Below are positions 1-9,412 of a stretch of DNA of 51,018 bases, in pieces. Positions within the stretch are counted from its first letter, which is position 1. Every line of letters begins with the position of its first letter. The translations under genes and the position numbers were made by a program. Below the pieces are notes generated by a model. The model did no database searches. It was given only the letters and a program-made list of their open reading frames with translations, and was not told the DNA's origin. Source of the stretch: Candidatus Shapirobacteria bacterium (lineage in GTDB: Bacteria; Patescibacteriota; Microgenomatia; UBA12405); the NCBI GenBank assembly GCA_017991615.1, contig JAGOQF010000001.1:1-51018 (forward strand), written 5' to 3'.

Positions 1-200
1 CCAGTGGTGAATCAGCCTCTCAGCTAGTTATCAATGGTTCTATTTATGGTTTAAACAGTGTTGTCTTAAACCGAAGTTTTAATCCTAAGAAGTCCAACAA
101 CACAACTCCAGCAGTTGAAGTCAGATATAACCCCTCATTAATCTTTAAATTACCTGCCAAGATGATTCAAAATATTACTAGGTGGAGATTACTGCAGTGA
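1..200 (+). CDS. 3' end of an upstream hypothetical protein in the pilus locus (5'-truncated by window)
   Basis: Open frame from nt 3 to TGA at 198-200 (…LVINGSIYGLNSVVLNRS…PAVEVRYNPSLIFKLP…RWRLLQ*); not in the ORF track because it has no start codon. Confidence 0.6.
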   Translation, partial: SGESASQLVINGSIYGLNSVVLNRSFNPKKSNNTTPAVEVRYNPSLIFKLPAKMIQNITRWRLLQ

Positions 201-229
201 AAAGTTTATTAAGTTATAAAGTAGAAAGA

Positions 230-973
230 ATGAATAAAAAAACAAAAAATATAAAACAACAAGGACAAGTAGCGTTGATGGTGATATTGGCTTCGGCTTT
301 GATTTTGACTTTGGGATTGTCAGCTTCCCGTCAGGCCACAGTGGAAACTAAAATCGATACCGATCAAGAAATGTTAAAAAAAGCTTTTAATGCGGCTGAA
401 TCTGGAATCGAACATTACTTTGGCACTGGCAGTACCAAATACACTGGAGATGAACTCCAAGGTTCAGCCAATTTAAATGTTAAAAACTTTGGTGACAGTC
501 AAAAACTATCATTCAACAGTGTGACTCTACCAGGAGATACAGAATACTTTTGGTTAGTTGACAGACAGATAAACGGATCTTTGGGAAGCAACTATTACAG
601 TACTAGTAATCCTTCAATTTCAATTTGTGATCTGGACAAGAAAACCGGTACTTACAAAATCAGTTACTTTTACCTATCAGGTTCAACCTATACTAGATCA
701 AATCAAGTAGTGACAACTGATTCTACTGGTTGTATTGATGGTGGTTTTAATCTGTTAGCCGGTAATTCTTTGTTACTAACTGTAACTCCCATCGGTTGGG
801 CTTCAAAGATTCAACTAGGTGGCTCAACCAACTTCCCAATTCAAGGTGAAGAAATCAGTTCGACAGGAATGGTCTCAGGAGTTAATAATACTGTCACCAT
901 CTTAAATCGTTATGAGGTACCAGGTTTTATGCTGGAAGCAATAACTTCAGGTGGAAAGGTGACGAATAACTAG
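230..973 (+). CDS. PilX-like minor pilin / pilus assembly protein
   Basis: Start moved to ATG 230 (MNKKTK…). Basic leader, then QGQVALMVIL hydrophobic helix and AFNAAESGIE, resembling the PilX N-terminal/class III signal; directly upstream of pilM. Confidence 0.7.
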   Translation: MNKKTKNIKQQGQVALMVILASALILTLGLSASRQATVETKIDTDQEMLKKAFNAAESGIEHYFGTGSTKYTGDELQGSANLNVKNFGDSQKLSFNSVTLPGDTEYFWLVDRQINGSLGSNYYSTSNPSISICDLDKKTGTYKISYFYLSGSTYTRSNQVVTTDSTGCIDGGFNLLAGNSLLLTVTPIGWASKIQLGGSTNFPIQGEEISSTGMVSGVNNTVTILNRYEVPGFMLEAITSGGKVTNN

Positions 974-986
974 TTATACTGGATGT

Positions 987-2018
987 ATGAGTAATGTTGT
1001 AGGTTTAGATATTGGTCAAAACGGGATTAAGGCGGTTTCAATTGACAAGGATGTTGCTGGAAAATTGTCATTAGATTTGATTGGGGAGGTTAAATCACCT
1101 CAAACGGATAGCAGTAGTGACGGTTCTAAGAATAAGTATTTTGAAGCGTTGTCACAGTCTTTAAAAACATTAATTTCGGATTTGAAAATAAAAGGTAAAC
1201 AGGTGGTGGTTAATTTACCTGAAAATGAGGTTGTGAGTCGTTTGGTTAGACTGCCACCGCTTAAAGATTCAGAGATTATAGATGCTTTGAGGTTTGAAGC
1301 GGAAACATTTGTCCCCTACCCTCTTGAGAAAGTATCAATTGATTATGAGGTGGTAGAAAAAGATGATGCTGGCAGAATTACAGTTTTTGTGATTGCGGCT
1401 AAAAATGATTTGATTAATGAATATATAAAAATATTTAAGTCATTGGGGATGGAGCTGATAGCAATAGAATCATCGTCGGTGGCGTATAGACGAATGATCC
1501 GTTCTGGGGTAATTTCTGTTGAGAGAGTGGTGGTTTTGGATATAGGTGAAAAATATTCTGATATTTTGAATATAAACAAAGGAAATGTTTATTTTTCGAG
1601 ATCATTGCCGGTGGGGGGTGAATCGATTACCCGAGCAGTATCATTAGGATTGGGTCTGGATATGCCATCAGCCGAAGAGTACAAAAAAGCTTATGGGATT
1701 AAAGCAGAAGAATTGGAAGGGAAAATTAGAACGGTAGCTTTGCCGGTATTTAACAGTATTGCTGATGAGGTCAGGAAGGCAATGACTTTGTTTAGTGAGG
1801 ATACGGGTAAAACAGTTGAATTGTTGGTTTTGGTTGGTGGTGGAGCAGTTTTGCCAGGGATGGCTGAAGAATTGACTAAAGTATTGGGAATTGAGGTTCA
1901 GGTGGCGCAACCTTTTGCTAATATTGAGACAAGCAAGGTTCAAGCGCCGTTTAATTTGGCGACTGAAGGGTCGCGGTTTAGTTTGGCAGTTGGATTGTCT
2001 TTAAGGGGGTTGATATGA
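987..2018 (+). CDS. pilM: Type IV pilus assembly ATPase-like protein PilM
   Basis: Actin-like motifs VGLDIG, VLDIGE and LVGGGA; FEAETFVPYPL; followed by pilN/pilO-like genes. Confidence 0.92.
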   Translation: MSNVVGLDIGQNGIKAVSIDKDVAGKLSLDLIGEVKSPQTDSSSDGSKNKYFEALSQSLKTLISDLKIKGKQVVVNLPENEVVSRLVRLPPLKDSEIIDALRFEAETFVPYPLEKVSIDYEVVEKDDAGRITVFVIAAKNDLINEYIKIFKSLGMELIAIESSSVAYRRMIRSGVISVERVVVLDIGEKYSDILNINKGNVYFSRSLPVGGESITRAVSLGLGLDMPSAEEYKKAYGIKAEELEGKIRTVALPVFNSIADEVRKAMTLFSEDTGKTVELLVLVGGGAVLPGMAEELTKVLGIEVQVAQPFANIETSKVQAPFNLATEGSRFSLAVGLSLRGLI

Positions 2019-2557
2019 GTGATTTAAATTTATTACCTTCGGAGGCAAAATTTCAGGCAGAAAAGATAAAAATTAAGGGGATGATTAATAATTTTTTGTG
2101 GATTTTTGGGGGATTTTGGTTTTTGTTGTTGGTGGGGGTGGTGGTAGTGAGTTTAGTAATGCAATTAAGTTTGAAGGGGTTGACTAAGGAATATGAAAAA
2201 AATCAGAATGAGTATCAAGCTTTGGCGGGAAGTATGGCGACAAATCAGAAAGTCAAGTATCAGGCTAAGGTGGTAAGCAAGGTTTTGGTGGATAGATTTG
2301 AGTATGGTAAATCAATGGAAATGATTAAGAACTTGTTTTCTCAGGACATAGTTATTTCTAATTTGGAAATTGGAGAGAGGAAGGTATTTACAATTTTTGG
2401 CACGGTTGTTGATGGTAGTAAATTGTCAGAAGTTGAACAAAAAGTGATAGATATCAATTATGATTTGATTGAGGGATTTAGTTCGGCCAAAATGACCGGT
2501 TTAAGTTATGATCCGATTAAAAATTGGCAATTTCAGGTGGAGGTAAAGCTAAAATGA
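2015..2557 (+). CDS. PilN-like pilus assembly protein
   Basis: Starts with DLNLLP motif, one TM helix and a coiled coil; overlaps the pilM stop. Confidence 0.7.
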   Translation: MSDLNLLPSEAKFQAEKIKIKGMINNFLWIFGGFWFLLLVGVVVVSLVMQLSLKGLTKEYEKNQNEYQALAGSMATNQKVKYQAKVVSKVLVDRFEYGKSMEMIKNLFSQDIVISNLEIGERKVFTIFGTVVDGSKLSEVEQKVIDINYDLIEGFSSAKMTGLSYDPIKNWQFQVEVKLK

Positions 2558-3321
2558 GTCAAGATTTTTTTAAAATGCCAGACAGAATATTTGGAATTGA
2601 CAGTAGTTTGGTAAAGATGTTTTTGGTACCACTAGGAGTGGTGGTGGCTTTTATTATCAGTTTAGGTCTGGTAATTTTACCTAGAGTTGATAGTATCAAA
2701 CAATCGGTGGTATCTGTTGGCAAAACTAAAGCTCAAATTAAGTCGGTGGCGGAAAAGAAGGCTTATTTGTTGTCGATTGATCAAGATGAATTGGCGAGAA
2801 ATGCGGCTCGGTTGTCGGCGGCAGTGCTGCCTGAAAAAAACTCTTATGTTTTGGTAGGTGTTTTGAGAGCGATTGCTGATAAATATGGTTATCAGGTTAA
2901 CAGTTTCTTGATCAACCCTGTTGGTATAAAAGGTGAAACAAAAGATTCTTTGACGGTATCAAACAAAGATGTGGCTATAAAATTACCGATCAATATAGTT
3001 TTGGCCGGACCTGAAGATAAAAATTTAGAGTTGATTAAAAGTATTGAAAATAGTTTACCGATATTGTTTATCGATAGTATGAAAACGACATCTAAATTGG
3101 GGATAACAGAAATGGAGATGGTTATTTCTTCGTATTATGTGCCAGATAAAGTTGAATATGTTTCAGGGAATTTGTCGTTGACGGATTTGCAGCCGACTAA
3201 AGAAGAGACGGAGTTGTTAACCAGAATTAGTGAGTTTGAAAACAATTTTAATTTGGGAGAAGTTGGGACAGAAAATGAAGAATTTATAGAGTATAACCGA
3301 GATAATCCGTTTACTCTCTGA
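2554..3321 (+). CDS. PilO-like pilus assembly protein
   Basis: ATG 2554 overlaps the pilN stop (ATGA); single TM plus coiled coil; position in pilMNO order. Confidence 0.6.
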   Translation: MSQDFFKMPDRIFGIDSSLVKMFLVPLGVVVAFIISLGLVILPRVDSIKQSVVSVGKTKAQIKSVAEKKAYLLSIDQDELARNAARLSAAVLPEKNSYVLVGVLRAIADKYGYQVNSFLINPVGIKGETKDSLTVSNKDVAIKLPINIVLAGPEDKNLELIKSIENSLPILFIDSMKTTSKLGITEMEMVISSYYVPDKVEYVSGNLSLTDLQPTKEETELLTRISEFENNFNLGEVGTENEEFIEYNRDNPFTL

Positions 3322-3544
3322 TTTTGACGAAAAATTTTTCTTCGGGAAAAGCCAAAAAGAGAATGTTTCTGATTGACTTGATTATTTTGCCTTCTTTACC
3401 GATTATTTTCCCAATAATTTCTGGAGGGGCAACAATTTCTAAGATTTTGGTTCCGTTTTGATCAATTTCTTCAACGGTAACGTTGTCTTGTTTTTGGGTG
3501 ATTGATTTTAGGATATATTCTAGGGTTTTTTTGATGGTAGTCAT
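3311..3544 (-). CDS. khpA: KH-domain RNA-binding protein (KhpA-like)
   Basis: 77 aa with GKIIGKEGK KH motif; directly downstream of rpsP as is usual. Confidence 0.85.
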   Translation of the reverse strand: MTTIKKTLEYILKSITQKQDNVTVEEIDQNGTKILEIVAPPEIIGKIIGKEGKIIKSIRNILFLAFPEEKFFVKIRE

Positions 3545-3556
3545 AGTACAAATAAA

Positions 3557-3922
3557 TTATTCTGTTTTAACTTCAGTTTCGGTTTGAGTTTCTTCCGATG
3601 GAGATTCAGAAGTCTTTTGGGGAGAGTCTTCTGATTTGGTTTCTGGTTTAGATTTAACTGGTTTAACTTTAGATTTCTTTTTGATTTTTTTGGGGTATTT
3701 ATCGGGGTTAAGGAGTTTGTCGACACCCTCAGTTAGTTGAGCACCTTTTTTTTGCCAGTCGGTAAGTTTGTCTTTGTTTATATTTAAGGTTTTGGTTTGA
3801 GGAGTGTAAAAACCTAAATCATCAATACATTTACCATCAGATTTACTTCGTTGTTCGGCAACAACAATTCGATAGGTAATTTGATGTTTTTTACCTCGAG
3901 GCAAAAGTTTAATTTTTATCAT
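3557..3922 (-). CDS. rpsP: 30S ribosomal protein S16 with low-complexity C-terminal tail
   Basis: MIKIKL…G.K…YRIVVAEQRSKSDGK.IDDLGFY.P signature. Confidence 0.95.
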   Translation of the reverse strand: MIKIKLLPRGKKHQITYRIVVAEQRSKSDGKCIDDLGFYTPQTKTLNINKDKLTDWQKKGAQLTEGVDKLLNPDKYPKKIKKKSKVKPVKSKPETKSEDSPQKTSESPSEETQTETEVKTE

Positions 3923-3932
3923 AATGTTAGGA

Positions 3933-4619
3933 TTATACTAAATTATTTAAAATTTTGGTAGCTTCAATCGAGGCGGCTTCTTCAGCTTTTTGTTTGGAGT
4001 TGCCTTGACCTTTGGCGATAAGCTGGTTGTCTAGGAAAACACCAACACTAAAAACTTTTTGGTGATCCGGGCCTGATTCTGACAGGGTTTTGTATTTTGG
4101 AGTGATGCCTTTTTTAGCTTGGGCAATTTCTTGAAAAACACTTTTGGGGTCTTTGTAGATTTTTTTTGAAGATAATTTGGTAATGCTAGTCTCAAGAAAT
4201 TTGTCTAAGAATTTAAAAGCTGGGGATAATCCCCCATCAAGATAAATGGCGCCGGTGACGGCTTCAAAGGTGTCGGCTAAAATAGATTGATTGTGGCGGC
4301 CTTGATGACTTTCTTCGCCCCGGGATAAAAAGATAAATTTACCCAGATTAAATTTTTCTGAAACTTTGGCCAGATTTTGAGTGCAAACAATTAAAGCTCG
4401 GAGGTTGGTTAACTTGCCTTCGTCAAATTGATTAAATCGATTGAAAAGTCTGTCGGAGACCCAAAGTTCCAAGACGGCATCGCCTAGGAATTCATAAGTT
4501 TCATTGGATTGATTGAATTTTGATTGTTCATTGAGAAAAGACCGATGAACTAAAGCTTGCTGAAGTTTTGATTTGTCGGTGAATGTGTAGCCGATGAGTT
4601 GTTGAAGTTGATTAATCAT
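3933..4619 (-). CDS. rnc: Ribonuclease III
   Basis: NETYEFLGDAVL signature and C-terminal dsRBD (DPKS.FQE…GPDHQKVF…SKQKAEEAAS); real start is ATG 4619, the rest of the tracked ORF is nusB in another frame. Confidence 0.95.
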   Translation of the reverse strand: MINQLQQLIGYTFTDKSKLQQALVHRSFLNEQSKFNQSNETYEFLGDAVLELWVSDRLFNRFNQFDEGKLTNLRALIVCTQNLAKVSEKFNLGKFIFLSRGEESHQGRHNQSILADTFEAVTGAIYLDGGLSPAFKFLDKFLETSITKLSSKKIYKDPKSVFQEIAQAKKGITPKYKTLSESGPDHQKVFSVGVFLDNQLIAKGQGNSKQKAEEAASIEATKILNNLV

Positions 4620-4977
4620 AGGATGATTTCTTTTTGAGAGCGCCGCCAATGACTCCGTTGACAAAACTGGAGCTAGTATTAGTGCCGTATTCTTTGGCAA
4701 TTTCAATGGCTTCGTCGATGATAACTTTTTCAGGGTTTTGTTTGAGATAAAATAGTTCCCAGAGAGCATAACGGAGGATATTGAGATCAACTTTGTTGAT
4801 TTTGTCGATAGGCCATTTGGGAGCATTTTCTTGGATAATAGTGTCGATTTTGGGGATGGCTTTGATGATATCTTTGGTCTCGGGGGTGGTAGGGCCTGAT
4901 CCTCCCAAACTCCAAGCAAACAAGGCTTGGATGTTGGCAATTCGTTTTAGATGGCGGGGGTCAAATTTGTTTTTCAC
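4612..4977 (-). CDS. nusB: Transcription antitermination factor NusB
   Basis: W..DKINKVDLNILR.ALWEL…VIIDEAIEIAKEYG…FVNGVIG. Confidence 0.9.
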   Translation of the reverse strand: MKNKFDPRHLKRIANIQALFAWSLGGSGPTTPETKDIIKAIPKIDTIIQENAPKWPIDKINKVDLNILRYALWELFYLKQNPEKVIIDEAIEIAKEYGTNTSSSFVNGVIGGALKKKSSYD

Positions 4978-5126
4978 TGTTTACAGTTGGGACACTGAAA
5001 ACCAGCCATTTTAGGTTGGCCACAATTTTTACAAGTGATAGGTTTAATTAGTTTTGGGCCTTTGTCGGCGGCGCGACGACGTCCTTGTCGACGGCTGGAA
5101 GGCCAATGTTTTGGTAATGCTGTCAT
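4974..5126 (-). CDS. rpmF: 50S ribosomal protein L32 (Zn-ribbon type), 50 aa
   Basis: Translated by hand: MTALPKHWPSSRRQGRRRAADKGPKLIKPITCKNCGQPKMAGFQCPNCKQ*; the stop overlaps the nusB GTG start. Confidence 0.85.
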   Translation of the reverse strand: MTALPKHWPSSRRQGRRRAADKGPKLIKPITCKNCGQPKMAGFQCPNCKQ

Positions 5127-5165
5127 GGGAGTATTTTATCAGAAAAAAAGACAAAATAGGAAGGG

Positions 5166-5519
5166 TTAGTGGGAATAATTACTGAAATGAATTTCACACC
5201 AACTGTGTGGAGATGGAGCAAAGCAACTTAGAGTAATAGTTTTACCAGATTTGGCTAAGTGACAACTGTATCCTAGTTTATCGAATTTAGATTTAATTTG
5301 GTTAATTTTAAAAGATGGAAGATAAAAATGGAGGGAACTGTCGTAAATTTTGGTTTTGGTTTCTTTTATGGCAATAATTTCGGTTTTGTTGGGGAGGATA
5401 TAAATTTGAAATTTAGGACTTTTATCTTCTAATTTTTTAATACCCAAGACTTTTGACAAGATATTATCAGAAAATTTAGTGTCAGGAATTGACCAAAAGA
5501 TTTTAGAGATTTTTATCAT
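5166..5519 (-). CDS. Hypothetical protein, possibly degenerate VOC/glyoxalase fold
   Basis: Pattern ISKIFWSIPD…SKVLG / SLHFYL…KLGY / FAPSPHSWCEI resembles the paired VOC modules. Confidence 0.4.
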   Translation of the reverse strand: MIKISKIFWSIPDTKFSDNILSKVLGIKKLEDKSPKFQIYILPNKTEIIAIKETKTKIYDSSLHFYLPSFKINQIKSKFDKLGYSCHLAKSGKTITLSCFAPSPHSWCEIHFSNYSH

Positions 5520-5640
5520 GTGTATTATTATTTTAATTTTAATGTATAAATTTAATTTAGAAAATATAATCAGCTAATGAAATTGGTTGGACAAATTTTA
5601 CAGGTTAATATTGTCTTTGTTTGATTTGGGTTAATGGTTT

Positions 5641-5958
5641 TTATTTTAAATATTTGTTGTAAATATTTAAAATGTTGTTTTTAGCATTAGTTGATTGAAG
5701 TTTTTTTTGGTTACAAACAATAATATCGTGGACGGCTTGAAATAAGTTTTTATCAATTGGTTTGGTAAAGGCAACTTCGTTGAAAAGATATTGAGCTAAA
5801 GAATAGATAAAATCTAGAGATCTTTGATTGTTAAAATATTTTTCAATTTCTGTTTTTAAAACTTGTTTGGTTATTTGGGGAGGAATATCGCTGTTTGGTA
5901 ATCTAAATTTTTCCAATTTTTGATCAATGAGGTTTTTTAAGATAGTTTGGGAATTCAT
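5641..5958 (-). CDS. Hypothetical protein (105 aa)
   Basis: Non-overlapping ORF filling the gap downstream of recG; no recognisable motif. Confidence 0.5.
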   Translation of the reverse strand: MNSQTILKNLIDQKLEKFRLPNSDIPPQITKQVLKTEIEKYFNNQRSLDFIYSLAQYLFNEVAFTKPIDKNLFQAVHDIIVCNQKKLQSTNAKNNILNIYNKYLK

Positions 5959-5979
5959 ATTTACAAGGTAGATAAGAGG

Positions 5980-7983
5980 TTAATTACTAACGATATGATT
6001 TTCTTTTTGAGAGTTAGTGATAAGTGAGTTGAGATCAAAATTTTTATTAGTGATTAGTTTGGAGACGATTTTTTGTCCCAAGGAGATGAGTTGAGTGTCG
6101 GAAAAATTGGCTAATTTAAGGGAGGGGAAGCCGTGTTGGGCAATAGAAAAAGCTTCGCCAGGACCGCGGATTTTAAGATCGTATTCAGCAATTTTTAGGC
6201 CGTTATTGTTTTTGGCAAGGAAGTTAAGACGCTGAGTGGCTTTGTCGGCAGTAGATTCGGTAAAAAGGTAACAAAAACTTTGAATTTGTCCCCTACCCAC
6301 TCGGCCACGAAGTTGATGGAGTTGAGACAAGCCAAAACGGTCGGCTGATTGGATGACAGTAATAGTGGCATTGGGAATATCAACACCGACTTCGATGATG
6401 GGAGTGGTGACTAAAATATTGGTTTTGTTTTGTTGAAAATCGGAGATAATTTGGTGACGTTGGTCTGATTTCATTTTGCCATGAAGTAGGGCAAGTTTTA
6501 GATTGGGAAATAGTTTGGTTAAGCGATTAAATTCGTCAACGGCCGATTTGACGCTAGTCATGGTTTCAGAAGTTTCAATAAAAGGACAAACAATAAATGC
6601 TTGACAGCCGGTGGTTAGAATTTGGTTTTTGATCCAATGATAACAGTCGTTGACTTTTGGTGGCGGGACAACAAAGGTTTTAATAGGAAGACGGTATTTG
6701 GGTAGTGAATCGATGGTGGAAATATCCAAATTACCCAAAAGGGTTAGAGCTATAGTTCTGGGGATGGGAGTGGCAGTCATAGTTAGGCAATGAGGTAGAT
6801 TGAGATGGTTACCAAGAAATGATCTTTGTTTAACACCGAATTTGTGTTGTTCATCAATGATAAGCAGACCTAAGTTTGTTTCAATTTTTTTCTTTTGATA
6901 AATGGCGGCGTGGGTGGCGATAATAATTGAATTTTTAGGGATTTTTTTGGTTTTAAATTTGTGGGAAGCGGTGAGTAAATAAAGAGGAATTTTTCTGTTT
7001 TTAAGAAACTTTTTGAAAGTATCAAAATGTTGCTGGGCTAGAATTTCGGTGGGGGCAATAAAAAGGGATAGGGATTGATTGAGATGAGACAGATAACAGG
7101 CAAGTAAGGCAATGATGGTTTTGCCAGAGCCAACATCGCCTTGAATGAGCCGATTGGTAACCTTATGGGGGTTGGTAAGATCGGATTTAACTTCAGTCCA
7201 AACTTTTTGTTGAGATTTGGTAAGTTTAAAGGGTAGACTGTCAATTAAGCGGTTAATTTTTTGATCAGTTGAGGGAGTGATATTGAAAATTATTTTGGGT
7301 TTTTTGGTCAGCCAGGATTTTTTGGTGAGATATGATTTGGCTTGAAGGGAAATGATTTCGTTTAATTTAAGACGGTATTGAGATCTTTGTAATAAAAATT
7401 TATTGGTTGGGGAGTGAATTTGATTTAAAGAGGTGTTAAGGTCTAGGAGTTGGTGTTCATTAAGGATAGATTTGGGGAGAGTTTCGGAAATGTTTTGGGT
7501 TAGTTTGGGGAGAAAGTTTTGAATGGTTTTGCGAAACCAAGCAGAATTTAGACCGCTAGTTTCAGGGTAAATACCGATAATTTTGCCGGTGTGGTGTTGG
7601 CCGGAAATAGGAGAGATGAGAGTTTTTTTGTTTTGGAACAGAGAAATAGTGCCAGCAAAACTATAAGTCTCCCCTACCTTGAAATTTTTGGATAGATATG
7701 GTTGATTAAACCAGAGAAGATTTATTTGACCACTATTGTCAGCAACAACAGCTTTTTGGAGATTTTTGTGATATTTAGTAAAAATATTTTGAAAATTGAG
7801 TAATTTACCAGTGATAGTGACAGCGGTATTTTCGGTGGCGGCAGAAATTTTGGTAGTATGGGAAAAATCGACATAACGATGAGGGTAATGATAGAGCAGG
7901 TCTTGGGGAGAAAAAATATTAAGTTTGTTGAGTTTTTCGATAGTTTTAGGACCGATACCGGGAATCTGACTCAAGTTGTCCAT
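5980..7983 (-). CDS. recG: ATP-dependent DNA helicase RecG
   Basis: LIQGDVGSGKT, APTEILAQQH, IIDEQHKFGVKQR, MTATPIPRT, FGLSQLHQLRGRVGRG, DLKIRGPGE. Confidence 0.95.
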   Translation of the reverse strand: MDNLSQIPGIGPKTIEKLNKLNIFSPQDLLYHYPHRYVDFSHTTKISAATENTAVTITGKLLNFQNIFTKYHKNLQKAVVADNSGQINLLWFNQPYLSKNFKVGETYSFAGTISLFQNKKTLISPISGQHHTGKIIGIYPETSGLNSAWFRKTIQNFLPKLTQNISETLPKSILNEHQLLDLNTSLNQIHSPTNKFLLQRSQYRLKLNEIISLQAKSYLTKKSWLTKKPKIIFNITPSTDQKINRLIDSLPFKLTKSQQKVWTEVKSDLTNPHKVTNRLIQGDVGSGKTIIALLACYLSHLNQSLSLFIAPTEILAQQHFDTFKKFLKNRKIPLYLLTASHKFKTKKIPKNSIIIATHAAIYQKKKIETNLGLLIIDEQHKFGVKQRSFLGNHLNLPHCLTMTATPIPRTIALTLLGNLDISTIDSLPKYRLPIKTFVVPPPKVNDCYHWIKNQILTTGCQAFIVCPFIETSETMTSVKSAVDEFNRLTKLFPNLKLALLHGKMKSDQRHQIISDFQQNKTNILVTTPIIEVGVDIPNATITVIQSADRFGLSQLHQLRGRVGRGQIQSFCYLFTESTADKATQRLNFLAKNNNGLKIAEYDLKIRGPGEAFSIAQHGFPSLKLANFSDTQLISLGQKIVSKLITNKNFDLNSLITNSQKENHIVSN

Positions 7984-8007
7984 AGGATGATAATACCAGA
8001 TTTGAAG

Positions 8008-9258
8008 TTATGATTCGGGTTTAGTTGGGGTCATGGTGGCGGTTATAGTATTTTCTGGATTAATTAAGTCTCGGGAAACAGACATAAAATCGTCGAGGGT
8101 AATTTTGTTGGCAATATTGACTAAATCTTGAGGGAGATAAATTTTGTGATGGTGGAAAAGTTGGCGGCTAAGATTTTGAGAAATTTTGCCAGGAGAATCA
8201 TCACTCATAAGAGTTCGGTAATTCATATATTGTCGAATTTGGTTAAATTTTTTGGTAGTGATTCCTTGTTGAATGAATTTTTTGATTTCGAATTGAATAG
8301 TATCAATAATTTGATTTAAATTTTTGTTTTCTGATGAAGCCCAGATTTCAAAAAAGTTTATGTCTTGACTGTGACTAAAACTGCTGTTGATGTGGTAGAC
8401 AAGTCCTAATTTTTGTCGGATTTTTTGAACCAAAATAGAATTGGTGTTCCCGGCGATAATAGAAGAGGTAATTCCTAAACAGACTTTATCACTAAATGAT
8501 AGTTTTTTCTTTTTGACCCATGAAATTGTAAGATATGATTGATCGATTTTATCGTGATAGTTTAGAGTTTTTTGTTTGATTTTAGGTATAGAAGTTTGAG
8601 GAAGTTTGGGAGAAAAATTGTTAGTTTGGCGTTGAAGTATGGGGGTAATTTTGTTTTTTATTTCTGTTGGATTAAAGTTACCAACAAAAGAAATAATTAG
8701 ATTTTGAGGCTGGAAGTATCGAGAATGCAGGGTTTGTAGATCTGATTGAGATAATTGAGCGATAAATTCTGGTTGACCTATGGAATGTCGATTGAGGAAA
8801 TTATTTTCTCCTAAAATTAAGTCGTTAAATTTCTTGTAAAAACGATTGTAGGGTTTGTCCCAAAATTGAAAATACTCTTGGGTGATAACAGAAATTTCTT
8901 TTTTAAATTGACTGGGATCAAGTAAAGGGTGAAAAATAAGTTGGTCAATAATTTCTAATCCTTGGTTTAATTTAAAATCCGGTAAGTTGAGCCAAAAAGA
9001 CATGTTGGAGCCGCTGGTGCTGCCATTGAGATTAATTCCGTGCTCTTGCTTAAAGTTTTCTAAGTGTCTATTGGTTGGATATTTGGTTGAACCTTCGAAA
9101 ATTAGGTGTTCTAGATAGTGAAAAGCTCCCCACTGAGGGCCGGTTTCGTACCAGGATCCAGCCTTAATAGTGATATTAATGTGAATTGAAGGGAATTGTT
9201 TGATAGGGTACAAAATTACTTTAGCTTTGTTGATGTCGAGAATGGTGGGTCTAATCAT
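8008..9258 (-). CDS. M16 (pitrilysin/insulinase-like) zinc peptidase
   Basis: Inverted zincin HYLEH motif in GAFHYLEHLIFEGS; IRQKLGLVY in the C-terminal half. Confidence 0.9.
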   Translation of the reverse strand: MIRPTILDINKAKVILYPIKQFPSIHINITIKAGSWYETGPQWGAFHYLEHLIFEGSTKYPTNRHLENFKQEHGINLNGSTSGSNMSFWLNLPDFKLNQGLEIIDQLIFHPLLDPSQFKKEISVITQEYFQFWDKPYNRFYKKFNDLILGENNFLNRHSIGQPEFIAQLSQSDLQTLHSRYFQPQNLIISFVGNFNPTEIKNKITPILQRQTNNFSPKLPQTSIPKIKQKTLNYHDKIDQSYLTISWVKKKKLSFSDKVCLGITSSIIAGNTNSILVQKIRQKLGLVYHINSSFSHSQDINFFEIWASSENKNLNQIIDTIQFEIKKFIQQGITTKKFNQIRQYMNYRTLMSDDSPGKISQNLSRQLFHHHKIYLPQDLVNIANKITLDDFMSVSRDLINPENTITATMTPTKPES

Positions 9259-9300
9259 AAGAGGTTAGTGGTCAAGCTGTCATTATGTTATCATAATTTT

Positions 9301-9408
9301 ATGAAACTGAAGAAAAAGACAGTGACGAAAATAGTGTTGGTGATATCGTTGGTAGTACTGTTACTTTCAGGGATGGTTCCGTTTTTATTGGTTTTAATGG
9401 GTCGATAA
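9301..9408 (+). CDS. Small single-TM protein (35 aa)
   Basis: MKLKKKTVTKIVLVISLVVLLLSGMVPFLLVLMGR; TATCAT -10-like box 6 nt upstream of the ATG; 4 nt before the PBP gene. Confidence 0.5.
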   Translation: MKLKKKTVTKIVLVISLVVLLLSGMVPFLLVLMGR

Positions 9409-9412
9409 ATAA

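Noticed and set aside
4620-4940. 335-aa RNase III with a long N-terminal extension
   Set aside because: The extension is the nusB gene read in another frame; RNase III homology starts at ATG 4619
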